A stretch of DNA of 64,000 bases, taken from the human T2T-CHM13v2.0 reference genome, Homo sapiens. Below, piece by piece: positions 16,691 to 30,731 of the stretch. A program made the translations under genes and the position numbers. Positions within the stretch are counted from its first letter, which is position 1; the number at the start of each line of letters is the position of its first letter. Location: NCBI RefSeq assembly GCF_009914755.1, contig NC_060929.1; one strand, given 5' to 3'. The notes below the pieces were generated by a model. The model did not search any database. It was not told the DNA's origin and saw only the letters and a program-made list of their open reading frames with translations.

Positions 16691-17177
16691 CAGTTTCCTC
16701 AGATAATTACATTTTTGACATCTCTACCAAGTCCAGCCTTCCAAGCACGTGTCTGGAGCATTAGGTCATGACCTTTTAGAAGATGACTCTAGTGCCCAGC
16801 ACTTCCCCTCAATTGTTTGCTGCACGCACTTGAAGTGCAGCAAGCAGACAGTTCTGTGTAACTTGAGACTCACAACACGAGGATACCCTTCCACTTCCAG
16901 GGCATCCAAGCTGTCTATTCCAGAGAGCTCTGTCTTGCAGCAAGCACTCATTCAGCCTCATTCTAGCATAACCTAAAAGAAAGTTATGACAATGTCTGCA
17001 TATCATAAAACAATGAATTTTCCAAATAGCAAGATGTATAGACTCAAAGTCTTAGTGATTCTAAATTGAATAAAGTAAGATCAATATTTAGAAAAATTAC
17101 AAGATAACTCCAAAGTGGAGATTGGTTACCTTTATTTCAGCATTTTCTTCCATTATCAAAGCTTGGCACATTAAGGG

Positions 17178-17528
<351 letters not shown>

Positions 17529-17544
17529 TAACTTTTTAAAATTT

Positions 17545-18003
17545 ATTTTTTAATTGAGAAATAATAATTGTTCTTTACAATGTTCTGTGCATTTATGTTG
17601 TACAATATTTTGTTTTAAAATATGTACACATTGTTGATGGTTGCATAGCATATATTAACATGTGCATTACTTCACATATGTATTTTTTGTGGTTAAAACA
17701 CTTAAAAATCTACTCAACAATTTTCAAGAATATGATATAACATAATTAACTATACTATAGTCATCATTTTGTACCATAGGTCTCTTGAACATGTTTCTCT
17801 TATGTAAACGGAATTTTCTATGCTTTGATAGACGTCTTCCCAACCTCCCACTGCGCAAGCCCTTGAAAACCACCATTTCACTCTCTACGTCTATGAGTTC
17901 ACCTTTTTTAGCTTTCACATGTAAGTGAGATCATGTGGCATCTGTCTTTCTGTGCCCAGCTTATTTCACTTACTATAATGTCCTTCAGGTTGTTCCAAAT
18001 GAT
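17545..18003 (-). mobile_element. L1MA-type 3' end
   Basis: 'aaacacttaaaaatctactc...ttttcaagaatat' and 'catgtaagtgagatcatgtggcatctgtctttctgtgcc'. Confidence 0.8.
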
Positions 18004-19584
18004 GTATGCTTTTATTTCAATTTATCAACAAATGAAGAAAGGATATAGATCAACCCATGTCAATATTTTTCAAAAACATTTTACTTTTAATACAGTATCA
18101 ATTATATCATTTCAAATATATATAAATATGTAACTCTGAAAGAAAATAATTTGTTGAACATCATTACACTATACAAATTTTGAATAAAATAAATTTTATT
18201 TTTGATTCTATGAGAATAACAATGTGCAAATAAATCCTGAAGGTATATACTGACTCTTATTGAGAGATCATTTTTGTCATTGATCAAACAAGCTTGAGGA
18301 GTTACATAGCTACAATCTAGCCCAATATTAAAATTTAAATTTATAAGAATTAATAATTATTACAAAAATACAAACATCCATAAATATTGATTCATTATTT
18401 GAGGTAAATATATTTTTTCAACTATGTAAGTAGCTCTGTGTCTTTACCTTATGTCCAAAAACACTAAATATATTTTGACCTATGATTTATAAGAAAATGC
18501 AGGGAATTTATAAGTTCACATTTACTAAAGCTATACACAAGGATACCTTATCTTTACAACACAAGGATAGTGTTCCACCTCCAGGGCATCCATTTAGCTG
18601 TCTATTCCAGAGAGCTCTCTCTTGCAGCAAGCACTCATTCAGCCGCATTCTAGCATAACTTAAAAGGAAGAAAGCTATGACAATGTCTGCATATCAACAT
18701 TGAGTCTAATTCCATTAATTATTTTAGGCATCAGAAGATTGTGTCTAATAAATGTAACCACATATATTACTCAATAATCTAATTTTATCACTTGCTGCCC
18801 CAAAGGACAAATTATTCAAGCCAAAAATCACATTCTTTTTCTCTTCCAGAAAAAAAAAAAAGCATATGCCATCTTTATTTCCATTCCTGAAATTTGATTG
18901 TTGTTTTGTTCAGAAAAAAATATTATTTTAAGTGTCGTGGAAGATGAAAACTAAAATCTGTTTCTAGTCTATCTCCAAAGAATAGAAAATAAACTAAAAT
19001 CTTAGTGAAAGCTTTTAGAGATACAGTGCTGTCTTTAAAGCAGATCAGTGCTCTTCTTCAAAGGAAAAAGAAGAGAAGCAGGTGAACCAGAAGCAGAGCA
19101 TTTGACATCCCATTTCATTCTAAAAGCTCAACCCAAAAAGGAGTCAACTTTTCAGAGAAATAGGATAGTTAAGCAATGAGAAGACATAAAACCACAGAAA
19201 AATATGTTTTATGGAAAATTATTTTTCTATCTTGATGCATTTCATTCAGAAGCTTTTAGATGAGGTACTTATTATCTCATTGTTATCTCATTGTTACTAT
19301 CTCATTGTTTTAGTGGTGGGAACAGTTTGAAAATTGGATTTAAAAGAAGGAAACAAATACGGAGTTTCTTTCATGTAAAATACACATAAATACCTAGAAA
19401 AAAATTTATGAATAACTGATTTTGTTTCATATTAAAAATATCTGCTTTGCATAGTTTAATCAAAAGATTGCAAGATATTTTAAATTTTGTTGCTTTTAAT
19501 TTAAAATTGTATTATATTTGCAGCCTGCATATTCATTTCTGAAGTTGATGCTCTGTCCAGATAGTAAAGTAGATCATATGGCTT

Positions 19585-19835
19585 TTGTACAGTGCAGTAT
19601 AAACAAGTGAACTCTGAAACTAGATTTGATCTAGTTTGAAACTAGACGTGATCATTCCCTTTTCTGTCAATTTCTCAAGACCATACCCAAGTTAATAAGG
19701 CTTTTTTAAAATCAGTATTTTTATAATACAAAAATGATAGCTTATTACCAAGGTAGTGAGCATTACAGAGAAAATGAAATAATATATGTAAAACACTTAG
19801 TACAATGAAAGACACATAGTTGGTACCAAGTAACA
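19585..19835 (+). mobile_element. MIR
   Basis: 3' motif 'aatgaaataatatatgtaaaacacttagtacaatg...acacatagt'. Confidence 0.65.
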
Positions 19836-20097
19836 ATGACCTATGTGGTGTGCAAGAACTGAGGAATCAGTATTTCAACCTTCATGTTTCAGAGGAACAA
19901 CTGACAGTAGCATCTGACACTTATATAAAAGAATATTTGAAATATCCAAGGTATAAATAAGTCATCTATCAAACAAATTTGTTTACCATGCTGATATTAA
20001 ATACTGACTAATGGCTAAAGACTTCTTGCCAAGATTTATCATCTATCATCACAGTAGCTGAAACATCACCTACGACTTTTGATAAAAAGTTAAGGTA

Positions 20098-20427
<330 letters not shown>

Positions 20428-21554
20428 TTATGCAGTTTGGACTTTCCCATATCCACAAAAGTTTTATAAAAGGAAATATGTTCAAAATAAAGAAAGGTAA
20501 TTTTGGAGAAAAAAAGAAAAAGAAGGAGAGGAAAGTGCAATTGTGAGAAAATGAGAATCATTGTTTTTAAGTAGGCAGTAATTTTACAGAGGATTTATGA
20601 TTCCATTATTCTAAAACATTTTTTGATCTTACTGTGTGTCATGCTGTGGGGTATATACAATTTCGATAAGTATAAAACTATGAAACTATACCTGGGGTAT
20701 CTTCTTATTCTCTTCCTCAAGTCATCTCCTAGTGCTTTCCAATTTTTGGAGTATCCTCAAGTCATTTAGTTTTACCCTCATGCATGCTTAAATTAAATAC
20801 GAAATGAAGGAAAGGAATGAAATTTTTATATATGTCATGCCCTTCTGTCATATAAATTCAGAAATCTCAAAAAGATGTTTGTCATCAACTTATATTTTCT
20901 TGAGTCAGAAAATTGATCAATAAGGAAAGTAAACTGCCATTACTGTTCACTCCTACTTAACCTCATGTTAAATTCAGGATCCAATACACTAATTACCACC
21001 ACCACCCCTAAAGATAGCCCTGTCATCACTGTATTTTCTGCTTTCTAACAAATCATACTAATGTCCTTAAGATTGTATTTTAAGTTTCTCATGTACTTCT
21101 ACTAGACTCTAAAGACCAAAGTAAAGATTTTTGAGAACGTGCTCCAATATGTGAGCAAATGTCCATTTTGGCATCTGTAGCCACCATGAAAGTCAAAGAA
21201 TAACAGATCAGTTTTTCTGTCCTATCAGTGACAGCCCTGCCTCTATTAACTGGAGAGCAGTATTTCAGCTAAAGCTCTCCAGACTAACCCCCAACACTGT
21301 TTGAAAATGTGGCCTTTTTGATGATAGATGTGTCACTAACAGCAACATTTTACCAACTTTTAAAAGAATTGTCTGTGTCAGAGCTTGAGAACGGGGATTG
21401 TTTCTATGCAATATTTGAAATAGATTTATAATATTAAAATATGACAGATGAGAATGGTGAAAAATCATAAATTCCAATGTGACTGAGCTTTCAATAACCT
21501 AGAAATGCAGGATCATCAGAGAACTCCAACTAGAAAGTTTAAATCTCATAAATC

Positions 21555-21930
21555 AGAGGTTTAATACCTTGCACTTACAGAATCACATGATAAACTTATA
21601 AAACTGTAGATTATTAGATTCTGCACCAAAATATTCAAGGAGAATAATCAAGCATGTGTATGTTTAGCATTTTTCCCACCATCGGTCTACTGAGTGAGAG
21701 TAGAGGCAAGTAGTTAGAAGTTAGGTTTCTGCAGTAAGAAGGGCAGCATTTCAATCCCCAACTCTACCTGTTTCTAACCACCTAAGCTTGTTAAGTTTGC
21801 TATGTCATAATCATTACTTTTCACAGATGCAGATTATGGAACATAATTATATCTTTCACTTAGGATTAAATAAAATAATGCATGCAAAAGGCATACAGTC
21901 AACTCTTAAAAACATTGTCTATTGTCATTG
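21555..21930 (+). mobile_element. MER5-like fragment (~21555-21680) followed by MIR (~21700-21930)
   Basis: 'cagaatcacatgataaactt...'; MIR-like 'ttcaatcccaactctacc...ggattaaataaaataatgcatgcaaaag'. Confidence 0.5.
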
Positions 21931-22140
21931 TTGTTCATTGCCAGTAGAGTTAAAAAAATAACAGTTCGTTGAAAACATGTTATCTATACATGAGCAAGCT
22001 ATTTCTAAGCAGATCTTTTCTAAATATTAAGTAGACCATTATAAATATTGTAAGAAGTTTTTATGACGGGGTCAGTGTATATTCCAGAGAAGCCTATAGA
22101 GGAAATGTTACATGTTCTATAAAATACATCTAACAAAGTA

Positions 22141-22378
22141 TTTATTTATTTGTTTATTTTTTAAAGAGATAGGGTAGTGCTCTATTGTCCAGGCTGGAGT
22201 TGCAGTGGCATAATCATTGCTCACAGCAGCCTCCACTTCCTGGGCCCAAGCAATCCTCCTGCTTCAGCCTCCTGAGGAGCTGGGACTACAGATATGCACC
22301 ACCACACCTAGCTAATTTTTTTTTTTTTCTGTAGAGACTGAATCTCATTTTGTTGCCCAGGTTTGTCTGAAACACCTG
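22141..22378 (-). mobile_element. AluJ, 5'-truncated
   Basis: 'cataatcattgctcacagcagcctcc', 'aagcaatcctcctgc'. Confidence 0.9.
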
Positions 22379-22579
22379 TAGGGTCTGTGACCCTGGGTAC
22401 TGAAACTGAGTGAGGTCCACCAGGAAAGTCTGAGTGTTTTCCTGTAGTTTTACATATTGATGAGCCCCTTGAGCTTGCTTTTCTGTGTATAGTTTGTTCA
22501 TATTTAGATTGGATTTTTATGTTAACTTGCCAATTTAAAAAAAAGCTTTGGGTGTTCTTTATATTAATGTGGATTCTAA

Positions 22580-22990
22580 TGAATATTAAAATGGGTTAAA
22601 TTATGTTACGATAAAAAAAGCAGAAATAAACCAACAAGTTTATATCTCACTCATGATACAAATTCACTGTCAGGCAGCTGGATCTAGGTTTTACCTCATC
22701 CTCACTTGGGGTCCCAACGGCTAGAGCAGCTGCTGTCTGGTCTAGGACACTTCTAGCCATCAAAGGCAAGAAAAGAAAAAAGAAAATAAATTGAAAATTT
22801 GCTTTTAAAGCTCTGACCCTGAAATTGCACTCTCACACATGCCACTTTGATTCAGATTTCATTGATTAAAGCAAGTCAAGTCTCACAAGTTCTAAGTAGG
22901 CAATAGGCAAGGAAAGTCAATCCTATCACATGTCTGATAGGAGAAGTGGAAATATTTACTAAATAGAACAGTACAAATATAATCACAGTT
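22580..22990 (-). mobile_element. Old MaLR LTR (MLT1K/L-like)
   Basis: 'ttttaaagctctgaccctgaaattgcac' and 'atttcattgattaaagcaagtca'. Confidence 0.5.
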
Positions 22991-23189
22991 AATTTGCCAA
23001 TATTTTCTCTCTGTTGCTTTTATCGCTGTTGGTGGTGGTGATTTTTAGACCAATGATTTTCATGATAAAGTTGTCAAATTTATTAAATATTTTTGTCAGT
23101 GCTTCCTTGAGTGTTTTTAAAGAAATATTTTTTTCCACATTGAGTTTACAATGGCATCTTACTATGTATTTACAATGTCCATACAGTAT

Positions 23190-23886
23190 TGTTCCAACTA
23201 GTTAGATAGACATGACCAGGGCAGAAGCGGGATCTTTCCCCAACCACTAGGAATATCAGGTGATGGTTTCACAATTATCACACTGCCTCTCTAAAAATGA
23301 TAATTCAGCAGCCCACCCAGGGCAACAGGGAGAGGCCATTTCCTGATGATCCACAACTATTAATATTAAAGTGCTAATTGAATGCAGATGCCAGGAAGAA
23401 AAAACTTCCTGGGCATGCGCACTAAGAGACAAAATGGCAAACTATGACCTGCCAGGTGCACTCCACTGGAAAGGGAAGAAAGCCTCACATGGGCATGCGT
23501 ACAACTTCCGAAACACACTGCACTGCACGTACTCAATTCCCAGGGTGAGGAGAGCACCGGCGTGTGGGAAGCCCACCCTAAGGGAAGAATCATGGGAAAG
23601 AGGTTAGCCTATAAAACCCTAGGGTCAAGGTTAAACACTCCCTTCTCTTTTTGACCTTCAGACACCCTCTTGGATCTCTTCCAAGTGAACTTTCCTTTCT
23701 TTCCTGTTCTGAAGCCTTTTAAATAAAACTTCCACTCCTGCTCTGAACCTTTTCTCAGTCTGTTTTTCTGCTTTATGCCCCTCAGTGGAATTCTGTCTTC
23801 TGAGGTGTCAAGGACTGAAGTTGCTGCAGACCTACGTGAATACAGTCACCAGCAACACCAGGTAACAATGTCTTCCACCAGTAACA
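23190..23886 (+). mobile_element. MER50 ERV1 solo LTR
   Basis: TG...CA ends with perfect 4-bp TSD GTAT (23186-23189, 23887-23890). TATA-like 'cctataaaa' at ~23608 and AATAAA at ~23722. Confidence 0.9.
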
Positions 23887-24559
23887 GTATGACGATTCAC
23901 ATGCATACCTTTAAATTATCTGAAGTTTTTTCAAATCATAAAATCACTAAAACTTCATAACTATTTTTCCACTTACATGATGTTAAATCTACATATTAAA
24001 TTGTACATTTTTTCAACAAAGTCAAAATTAATCTCATCACGAACACAAAAATGGACCTTTGCAAGCTTTAAAATTAAACACTCACCTCACACCCATCCTT
24101 CTAACGTTGTCTAAAATGCCAATTTCACTTCTTTTAAAAATTTAAAGCATATATTGTTGTAATTTTTCTGGTAATTGTAAAATCCACCAGCATATTTTAT
24201 TGAAGTTTTCCAGCCCCTGTTTTTTCTTTTACCACTTGATTTTCTTATGATCTAATTTTTTTCTTTGGGTGAAGTAACTGATCATTTATTTAGCAAAGCC
24301 TTTTATGTGCTAATGTGTGAATGGTTTTATGCCTGATAATATTTTCATCATTCTCTCTTTACTTATAGCTTAGCTGGTATAACGTTCTTGTTTGAATCTT
24401 CATATTCCCCTTGAAGACAGTGTTACTCCATTTTGTTGTAACATTTCTTATTTCTGATGAGGTATCTGTTAATATTCTAAATGTCATTTTGTTGTAGGTA
24501 ATCTTCATGTTTTCTGTGGTAATGTTTAAGAAATGTGTCTTTATTCTCTATATTCTGCT

Positions 24560-25030
24560 GAATATAAAATAGGTTTAGTTATGATAACAAAAAACTAAAT
24601 AATAAAAGTAAACTAACAAAGAGAGAAACCAACAGAAACAAAGTCTGGAGGAACAATCAGGGCTGTTATGAGGGTCCCCAGTCATCAGAGATCAAGGCTG
24701 TTCCTATTATATATTTTGCTACCATCTGAAATACATAATTTTTCCTGGTAATTCAATATGGCTACTTTAGCTATTTTTCTTCCTGTCTTCCTATCTGCTT
24801 TATGCCCCTCAGTTGAATTGTCTCTTTCATTTCAACAAGAGGAAAGAAGAAGTAGGTGAAGAAAGACATTCTTTCCCCATATTATGACAATTCCTGAGAC
24901 ATGCTCACAGCATTTTCACTCTCATCTCATTACACAGGAGAATGTATTGCGCATCTTTCTTTATATAGAGATAGTACTATTTTTCTTTTGATGGAAAATT
25001 ATTAACTTCCTTCCTCTTCCAAATATTATT
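24560..25030 (-). mobile_element. Old MaLR LTR relic (MLT1J-like)
   Basis: 'cagtcatcagagatcaaggctgttcct' and 'cattttcactctcatctcatt'. Confidence 0.45.
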
Positions 25031-25049
25031 ATTCCTATAATAATAAAGA

Positions 25050-25520
25050 ACTGAGCAAGGTCTCAGATTTTACCCAACTTTCAAGCTAAGGATGAACCTG
25101 CCACAGTTTTGTAAATGCAATTTTGGGTAAGAGTCAAAAAAACTTTTATCACTCACACAACAGCAGGCAGCATAAGCTTGAGGTTTAGATTCATTCTCTG
25201 TGCCCCGCAATTCCATGGGGACCATGCTAAACTGTCAGGTTGATGCTGTGAACACAGTGGGCTTGTGACAGAGCTGAGCAACCCTGCATTTGGAAAATCC
25301 TCAATCTTATAAAGAAGGCTATAAGCAAATCTGTCCAACTATATCTCCAGAGAGAACATTATCTTTACTATCAGCATGAGAAAAGAAATGTGCCTTCTTT
25401 CCCAGAAAGAAGTCTACCTTCGAAGGCTTTTTGCTATACAACATCCTTAAAAATAGAGTCTGAAACAAATACTGATAAAAGACATCCAGAAATTCCATGG
25501 AGAACTGTCTTCCAAAAACC
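25050..25520 (-). mobile_element. ERVL-class LTR relic (MER73/MER88/LTR53 group, tentative)
   Basis: 'aggtctcagattttacccaactttcaagctaa...cctgccacagttt...ttttatcactcaca'. Confidence 0.5.
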
Positions 25521-25714
25521 AATTTCTTTATTGTCTCCTTCTGAAATTCCTATCAGATACATGTTAGAGCCTCTCAATCACTCCTCCTAATCCTTACATT
25601 TGTAGTTCATATTTTAACTCTGTTTGCTTGAAAGGGTATACTGCTGAAACCTTTTCTATTCCCTTCTTTTCACTATTTCATTTTGAATTGTGCATAATAC
25701 AGAATTTTTCTAAA

Positions 25715-25822
25715 TTAATACATTTAATTTTCAAAATTAAATGTATTAAATTTTCAAATTTTCAAAATTAAATGTATTAAATTTTCAAATTTTCAAAATT
25801 AAATTTATTAAATTTAAATTTT
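25715..25822. repeat. AT-rich palindrome plus ~3 copies of a 31-bp tandem unit
   Basis: 17-bp inverted arms around 25732; unit tttcaaaattaaatgtattaaattttcaaat. Confidence 0.85.
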
Positions 25823-25965
25823 AACATTTTAGTTAGATTTTACATGTCATGTTTTCTTATTTTGCATGGGCATATATTTTATAATTTTGTTTTTGTTTGT
25901 AATTTTAATAATGTCTTTCTTCTTGAGCATTCCAAATATGCTTACTTTAAAGTCATATTATTTCA

Positions 25966-27433
25966 TCTACCTGACTTCAAACTATACTACAAGGCTACAG
26001 TAACGAAAACAGCATGGTACTGTTTTGGTACTGTACAAAAACAGACAGACCAATGGAACACAACAGATACCTCAGAAATAACACCACGCATCTACAACCA
26101 TCAGATCTTTGACAAACCTGAGAAAGAGGAGCAATGAAGAAAGAATTCTCTATTTAATAAATGTTGTTGGGAAAACTGGCTATCCATATGCAGAAAACTG
26201 AAACTGGACTCCTTCCTTACACCTTATACAAAAATTAATTCAAGATGGATTAAAGACTTAAATGTAAAACCCCAAACCATAAAAATCCTAGAAGAAAACC
26301 TAGGCAACATCATTCAGGATATAGGTATGGGCAAAGACTTCATGATGAAAATACCAAAAGCAATGGCAACAAAAGCCAAAATTGACAAATGGGATCTAAT
26401 TAAACTAAAGAGCTTCTGCACAGCAAAAGAAACTATCATCAAAGTGAATAGGCAATCTACAGAATGGGAGAAAATTTTTGCAATCTACATGTCTGACAAA
26501 GGTCTAATATCCAGAATCTATAAGGAACTTCAACAAATTTACAAAACCAAACAAACAGCAGAATAACCCCATCAAAAAGTGGGCAAAGGATATGAACAGA
26601 CACTTCTCAGAAGAATACATTTTTGCGTCCAAAAAACATATGGAAAAAAGCTCAACATCACTGATCATTAGAGAAATGTGAATCACAACCACAGTGAGAC
26701 ACATCTCACACCAGTCAGAATGGTGATTATTAAAAAGTCAAGAAACAACAGATGCTGGAGAGGATGTGGAGAAATAGGAACACTTTTACACTGTTGGTGG
26801 GAGTGTAAATTAGTTCAACCATTGTAGAAGAAAGGTGGCGATTTCTCAAGGATCTAGAACCAGTCATACCATTTGACCCAGCAATCCCATTACTGGGTAT
26901 ATACCCAAAGGAATATAAATCATTCTACTCTAAAGACACATGCACACGTATGTTTATTGTAGCACTATTTACAATAGCAAAGACATGGAACCAACCCAAA
27001 TACCCATCATTGATAGACTGCATAAAGAAAATGTGGTATATATACACAATAGAGGACTATGCAGCCATGAAAAGGAATGTGATCATGTCCTTTGCAGGGA
27101 CATCGATGAAGCTGAAAGCCAGCATCCTCAGCAAACTAACCCAGGAACAGAAAAACAAACACTGCATGTTCTCACTCATAACTGGGAGTTGAACAATGAG
27201 AACACATGGATACAGGGAGGGGAACATCACACACCGGGGTCAGTCGGGGGGTGGGGTGTGAGGGTAGGGAGAGCATTAGGACAAATAGCTAATGCATGAG
27301 GGACCTAAAACCTAAATGACAGGTTGATAGGTGCAGCAAACCACCATGGCACATTAATACTTATGTAACAAACCTACATGTTTGGCACTTGTATCCTGAA
27401 ACTAAACTAAACTAAAATAAAATTAAAAAAAAA
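25966..27433 (+). mobile_element. L1PA7/8-like 5'-truncated LINE (ORF2 C-terminus plus 3' UTR)
   Basis: ORF2 remnants '[18 protein letters not shown]' and '[20 protein letters not shown]'; 3' UTR and A-rich tail; stops and frameshifts present. Confidence 0.93.
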
Positions 27434-27592
27434 GCAAATTCAACTAGTATAAATTCACAATCCTCTCGTTGATGTTGATGGTTATTTTCTGTAGTCTATT
27501 TTCATACTGAAGAATGTATATGTGTAGGCTCATTTGGAGTGGAAACAGTGTGTGTTTAGGGTTTGCTGCTTTCTCACTGTTTCCATCCTTTC

Positions 27593-28058
27593 TGCCGGGT
27601 CCATTCCACAGACCCTGGCTCAGTGACAGATGAAAGGAGTATTCAGACACAGGTATGCAATGTAAGAGCAGCTAGGGGACTGCCCCGCACTTAGCAGCCG
27701 TAGTGAGCAGCCTCAAACAGCTGAAGCCGCTTGCTTTTATTCAGTACAGACATAATGCGGAAAGCCTGGAGACAACACAATCTGTGAGTAATTAACATTA
27801 TTGTTCTCCCTTTCAGGGAGCAGTCATGCACATGGATGATCAAAGGTCGGTTTCTGATCAAGGTCAACATAAAAAAACAAGCTGTTTAAGATAAATTCCC
27901 CTACCCTTCCTTGTACCTAATCCTTGCCCTCTACCTCAGGGTCAGAGAACAGCTGCCTTCAACTATTCTCCCCTGAAGCTATGCAGAGCCTTCTGATCTT
28001 TCAGAAGGCATGCTCCTTTCCCTGTAGTTTCTCCCACCACTTTGACTAATCTCCTACA
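27593..28058 (-). mobile_element. LTR22 (HERV-K22/HML-5) solo LTR
   Basis: Minus strand starts TGTAGGAGATTAGTCAAAGTGGTGGGAGAAAC; 6-bp TSD cctttc/cccttc, typical of betaretroviral integration. Confidence 0.85.
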
Positions 28059-28393
28059 CCCTTCTTGTAAAATTATTTCAAAGTTGTCCATACAAACTCC
28101 TGCACAACTTCTTAGAACACAAGATCTGGTAGTGTACTTCAAATTTCTTCTCCCTGAACACAGGTTGGATTATTAGAGATACATTCACTGGATACAAGTT
28201 TTATGGCTCAAGTCTTAAACCAAGTTCTTCAGAAATTCTGTACTTACTCAAGTAATAACCCTGGTCCCAAGTAGTGACAGATATGGAGAAATTTTAGTCC
28301 CTGTTCTGTTGTAGAAGGCAACCTAATGGCCATCATTCGTGGCCTTGGTGTTAGAAGTCCTGGATTCCATATCTTAAGTTACAGTCTAAACTC

Positions 28394-28434
<41 letters not shown>

Positions 28435-28445
28435 ATGTGTATGTG
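28394..28445 (+). repeat. (TG)n microsatellite
   Basis: About 16 perfect TG units with degenerate flanks. Confidence 0.95.
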
Positions 28446-30266
28446 TTTTCAAGGCATTTCATCTGATTTTTCACTTTCACTATGTAATTATGATTTTCCC
28501 TTTTCACAATATTCTAAAATTATCCTGTATTTGCAGAAGTTACATGCCAACTCTGATCATACTCCAACATCTTCATAAAAAATATGGATTGTTTTGTTTT
28601 TATTTATTTGGAGTAAGCCAAACTTAGGTATATTTCACATCTCACAGACTACCCAAACTTTAATTATTTAATTAGAATTAAACAGAGATAGCACGTCACA
28701 AAATGACAAAGGCCAATTAGAGATTTTCACTCAATTCCCTGTTATTTTCTGATTCCCTATTAATTTTTATGCCAAGCTAGAGCTGGTCTTGCATGATACT
28801 GTCAAGTATTGCCCAAAGCAGGCTTCTTTGGTGTTACAAATAATTGTGTATAGCAATGCTTGAGTTGCTTGCCATTTTAACAGTAGTCAATCCCCATTAG
28901 GAATATAAATAAGCTAAGGAAATGTATTTGATTACACAACTGATCTTGAGAAAAACAAATTGTCGAAAAAGCTGTCTTTTTCCTTAAAGTGATATTCTTG
29001 AAAGAAAAAGTATAAAATATATATTGGTGATAGAGTGTGAAAGCTCAAGATATATAAAGTATTGTTTATAAAATGTTGAGCTTGCTCAAAAATTTGAAGT
29101 GTACCTAAAGAGTTACGGCAGTTTAAGAAAGCATCCTTAGCACGGCAAGGCATAAGAAAGTATGGTATAATAAGATAAATTAGATGGGTGATGATTCTTG
29201 TAAAATAATATTTTTGACCCAGTAAATCTATATCTTTTTTTATCTTCTACAGTTTATTTCCAGATTGTGAGTTTCTGATATTTCTTCAGATCACCCATGA
29301 TAGTTTAAAAACAAATCAACCAACAAACAGCTCTTGATTGAGTCTCTTTGCTCTTCAGTGTCTGTGTTTTGAGTCCTGAACTGGGATTAAGCATATCTCA
29401 CTTCAGAAGAATACTTTTGCATCAAGCTCCTTTTTTGTGTTCCGGACTCTCTCACATATTTTTAGAGAAGAGCTCATTACCAGGAAGAGAAACTTTCAAG
29501 TTATGGAGTGCAGAAAGGGAAATTCAGGTTAAGCTGAAGAAGCAGCATTTAAATCATGATTTACAGCTAAAGGTTTTTAAGGCTAATTTTGGACATAGTG
29601 AGTTTTCTGCTACCCCAAGACTTCAGCCATGGGGTGGACTAAGGGTAGAATATGTTTGATTGTGGAAGAAATTCCAATTTAAGGTGAATTGCATTCTAAA
29701 AATTTATCTGACATCAACATTTTCAATATGTTTAGAATAATTTATACTATAATATGCCTGTTTTCAAGGTCGAATATAAATAAACATGCAATAAAATGTT
29801 TCCTGTTCGGTTGTTCTTCCTAATTACTAAATAGTATATTCAAGAAAATGTTATTGGTTCAAAGAATCCATAGAATAAGCTTTAAACAGAAAACAAATAT
29901 TTGTAAATTGTTTACTTTTATAATTGTATGAGTCATACATTAGAAGTATTTTTCTTTTCCAGTCTGTCACTTAATAATTTGTAAATAGCATTAAAGTAAA
30001 CTCAGATTCTTAATACAATCTTCCTTAACTATTCCAATACCATATGAACTAATATAAAGAAATTGTTCTCCTATTTTAATAACCCTGTAAATGTTTGTGG
30101 AATCATACAGTTTTAACCATCTTTTTTTATGAGATAAAAATATCTTATCTTAAATTTAGCATTATTAAAATAAACAACCTTAGCCTTCTAATTCAAAACT
30201 ATAAAATATTAACTACTATAGATATGCATCTGAAAAACTTTATAGTACAGAGTTTTTAAAAAATAG

Positions 30267-30731
<465 letters not shown>

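Larger units (their letters stand above)
14965..16710 (-). mobile_element. 5'-inverted L1MA-type element: minus 3' end 14965-15131 and 15829-15932; inverted ORF2 piece 15933-16147 and 16691-16710
   Basis: L1MA 3' UTR 'aacatttaaaatttattctctta...gcaattttcaaatatacaat'; plus-strand 'aaatgcaaatcaaaaccacaatgagat'. Confidence 0.75.

Noticed and set aside
19272-19308. Three copies of tatctcattgt
   Set aside because: Simple slippage micro-duplication with no spacers; not CRISPR-like.
27235-27272. G-quadruplex-like G-runs
   Set aside because: Ordinary G-rich tract of the L1PA 3' UTR.
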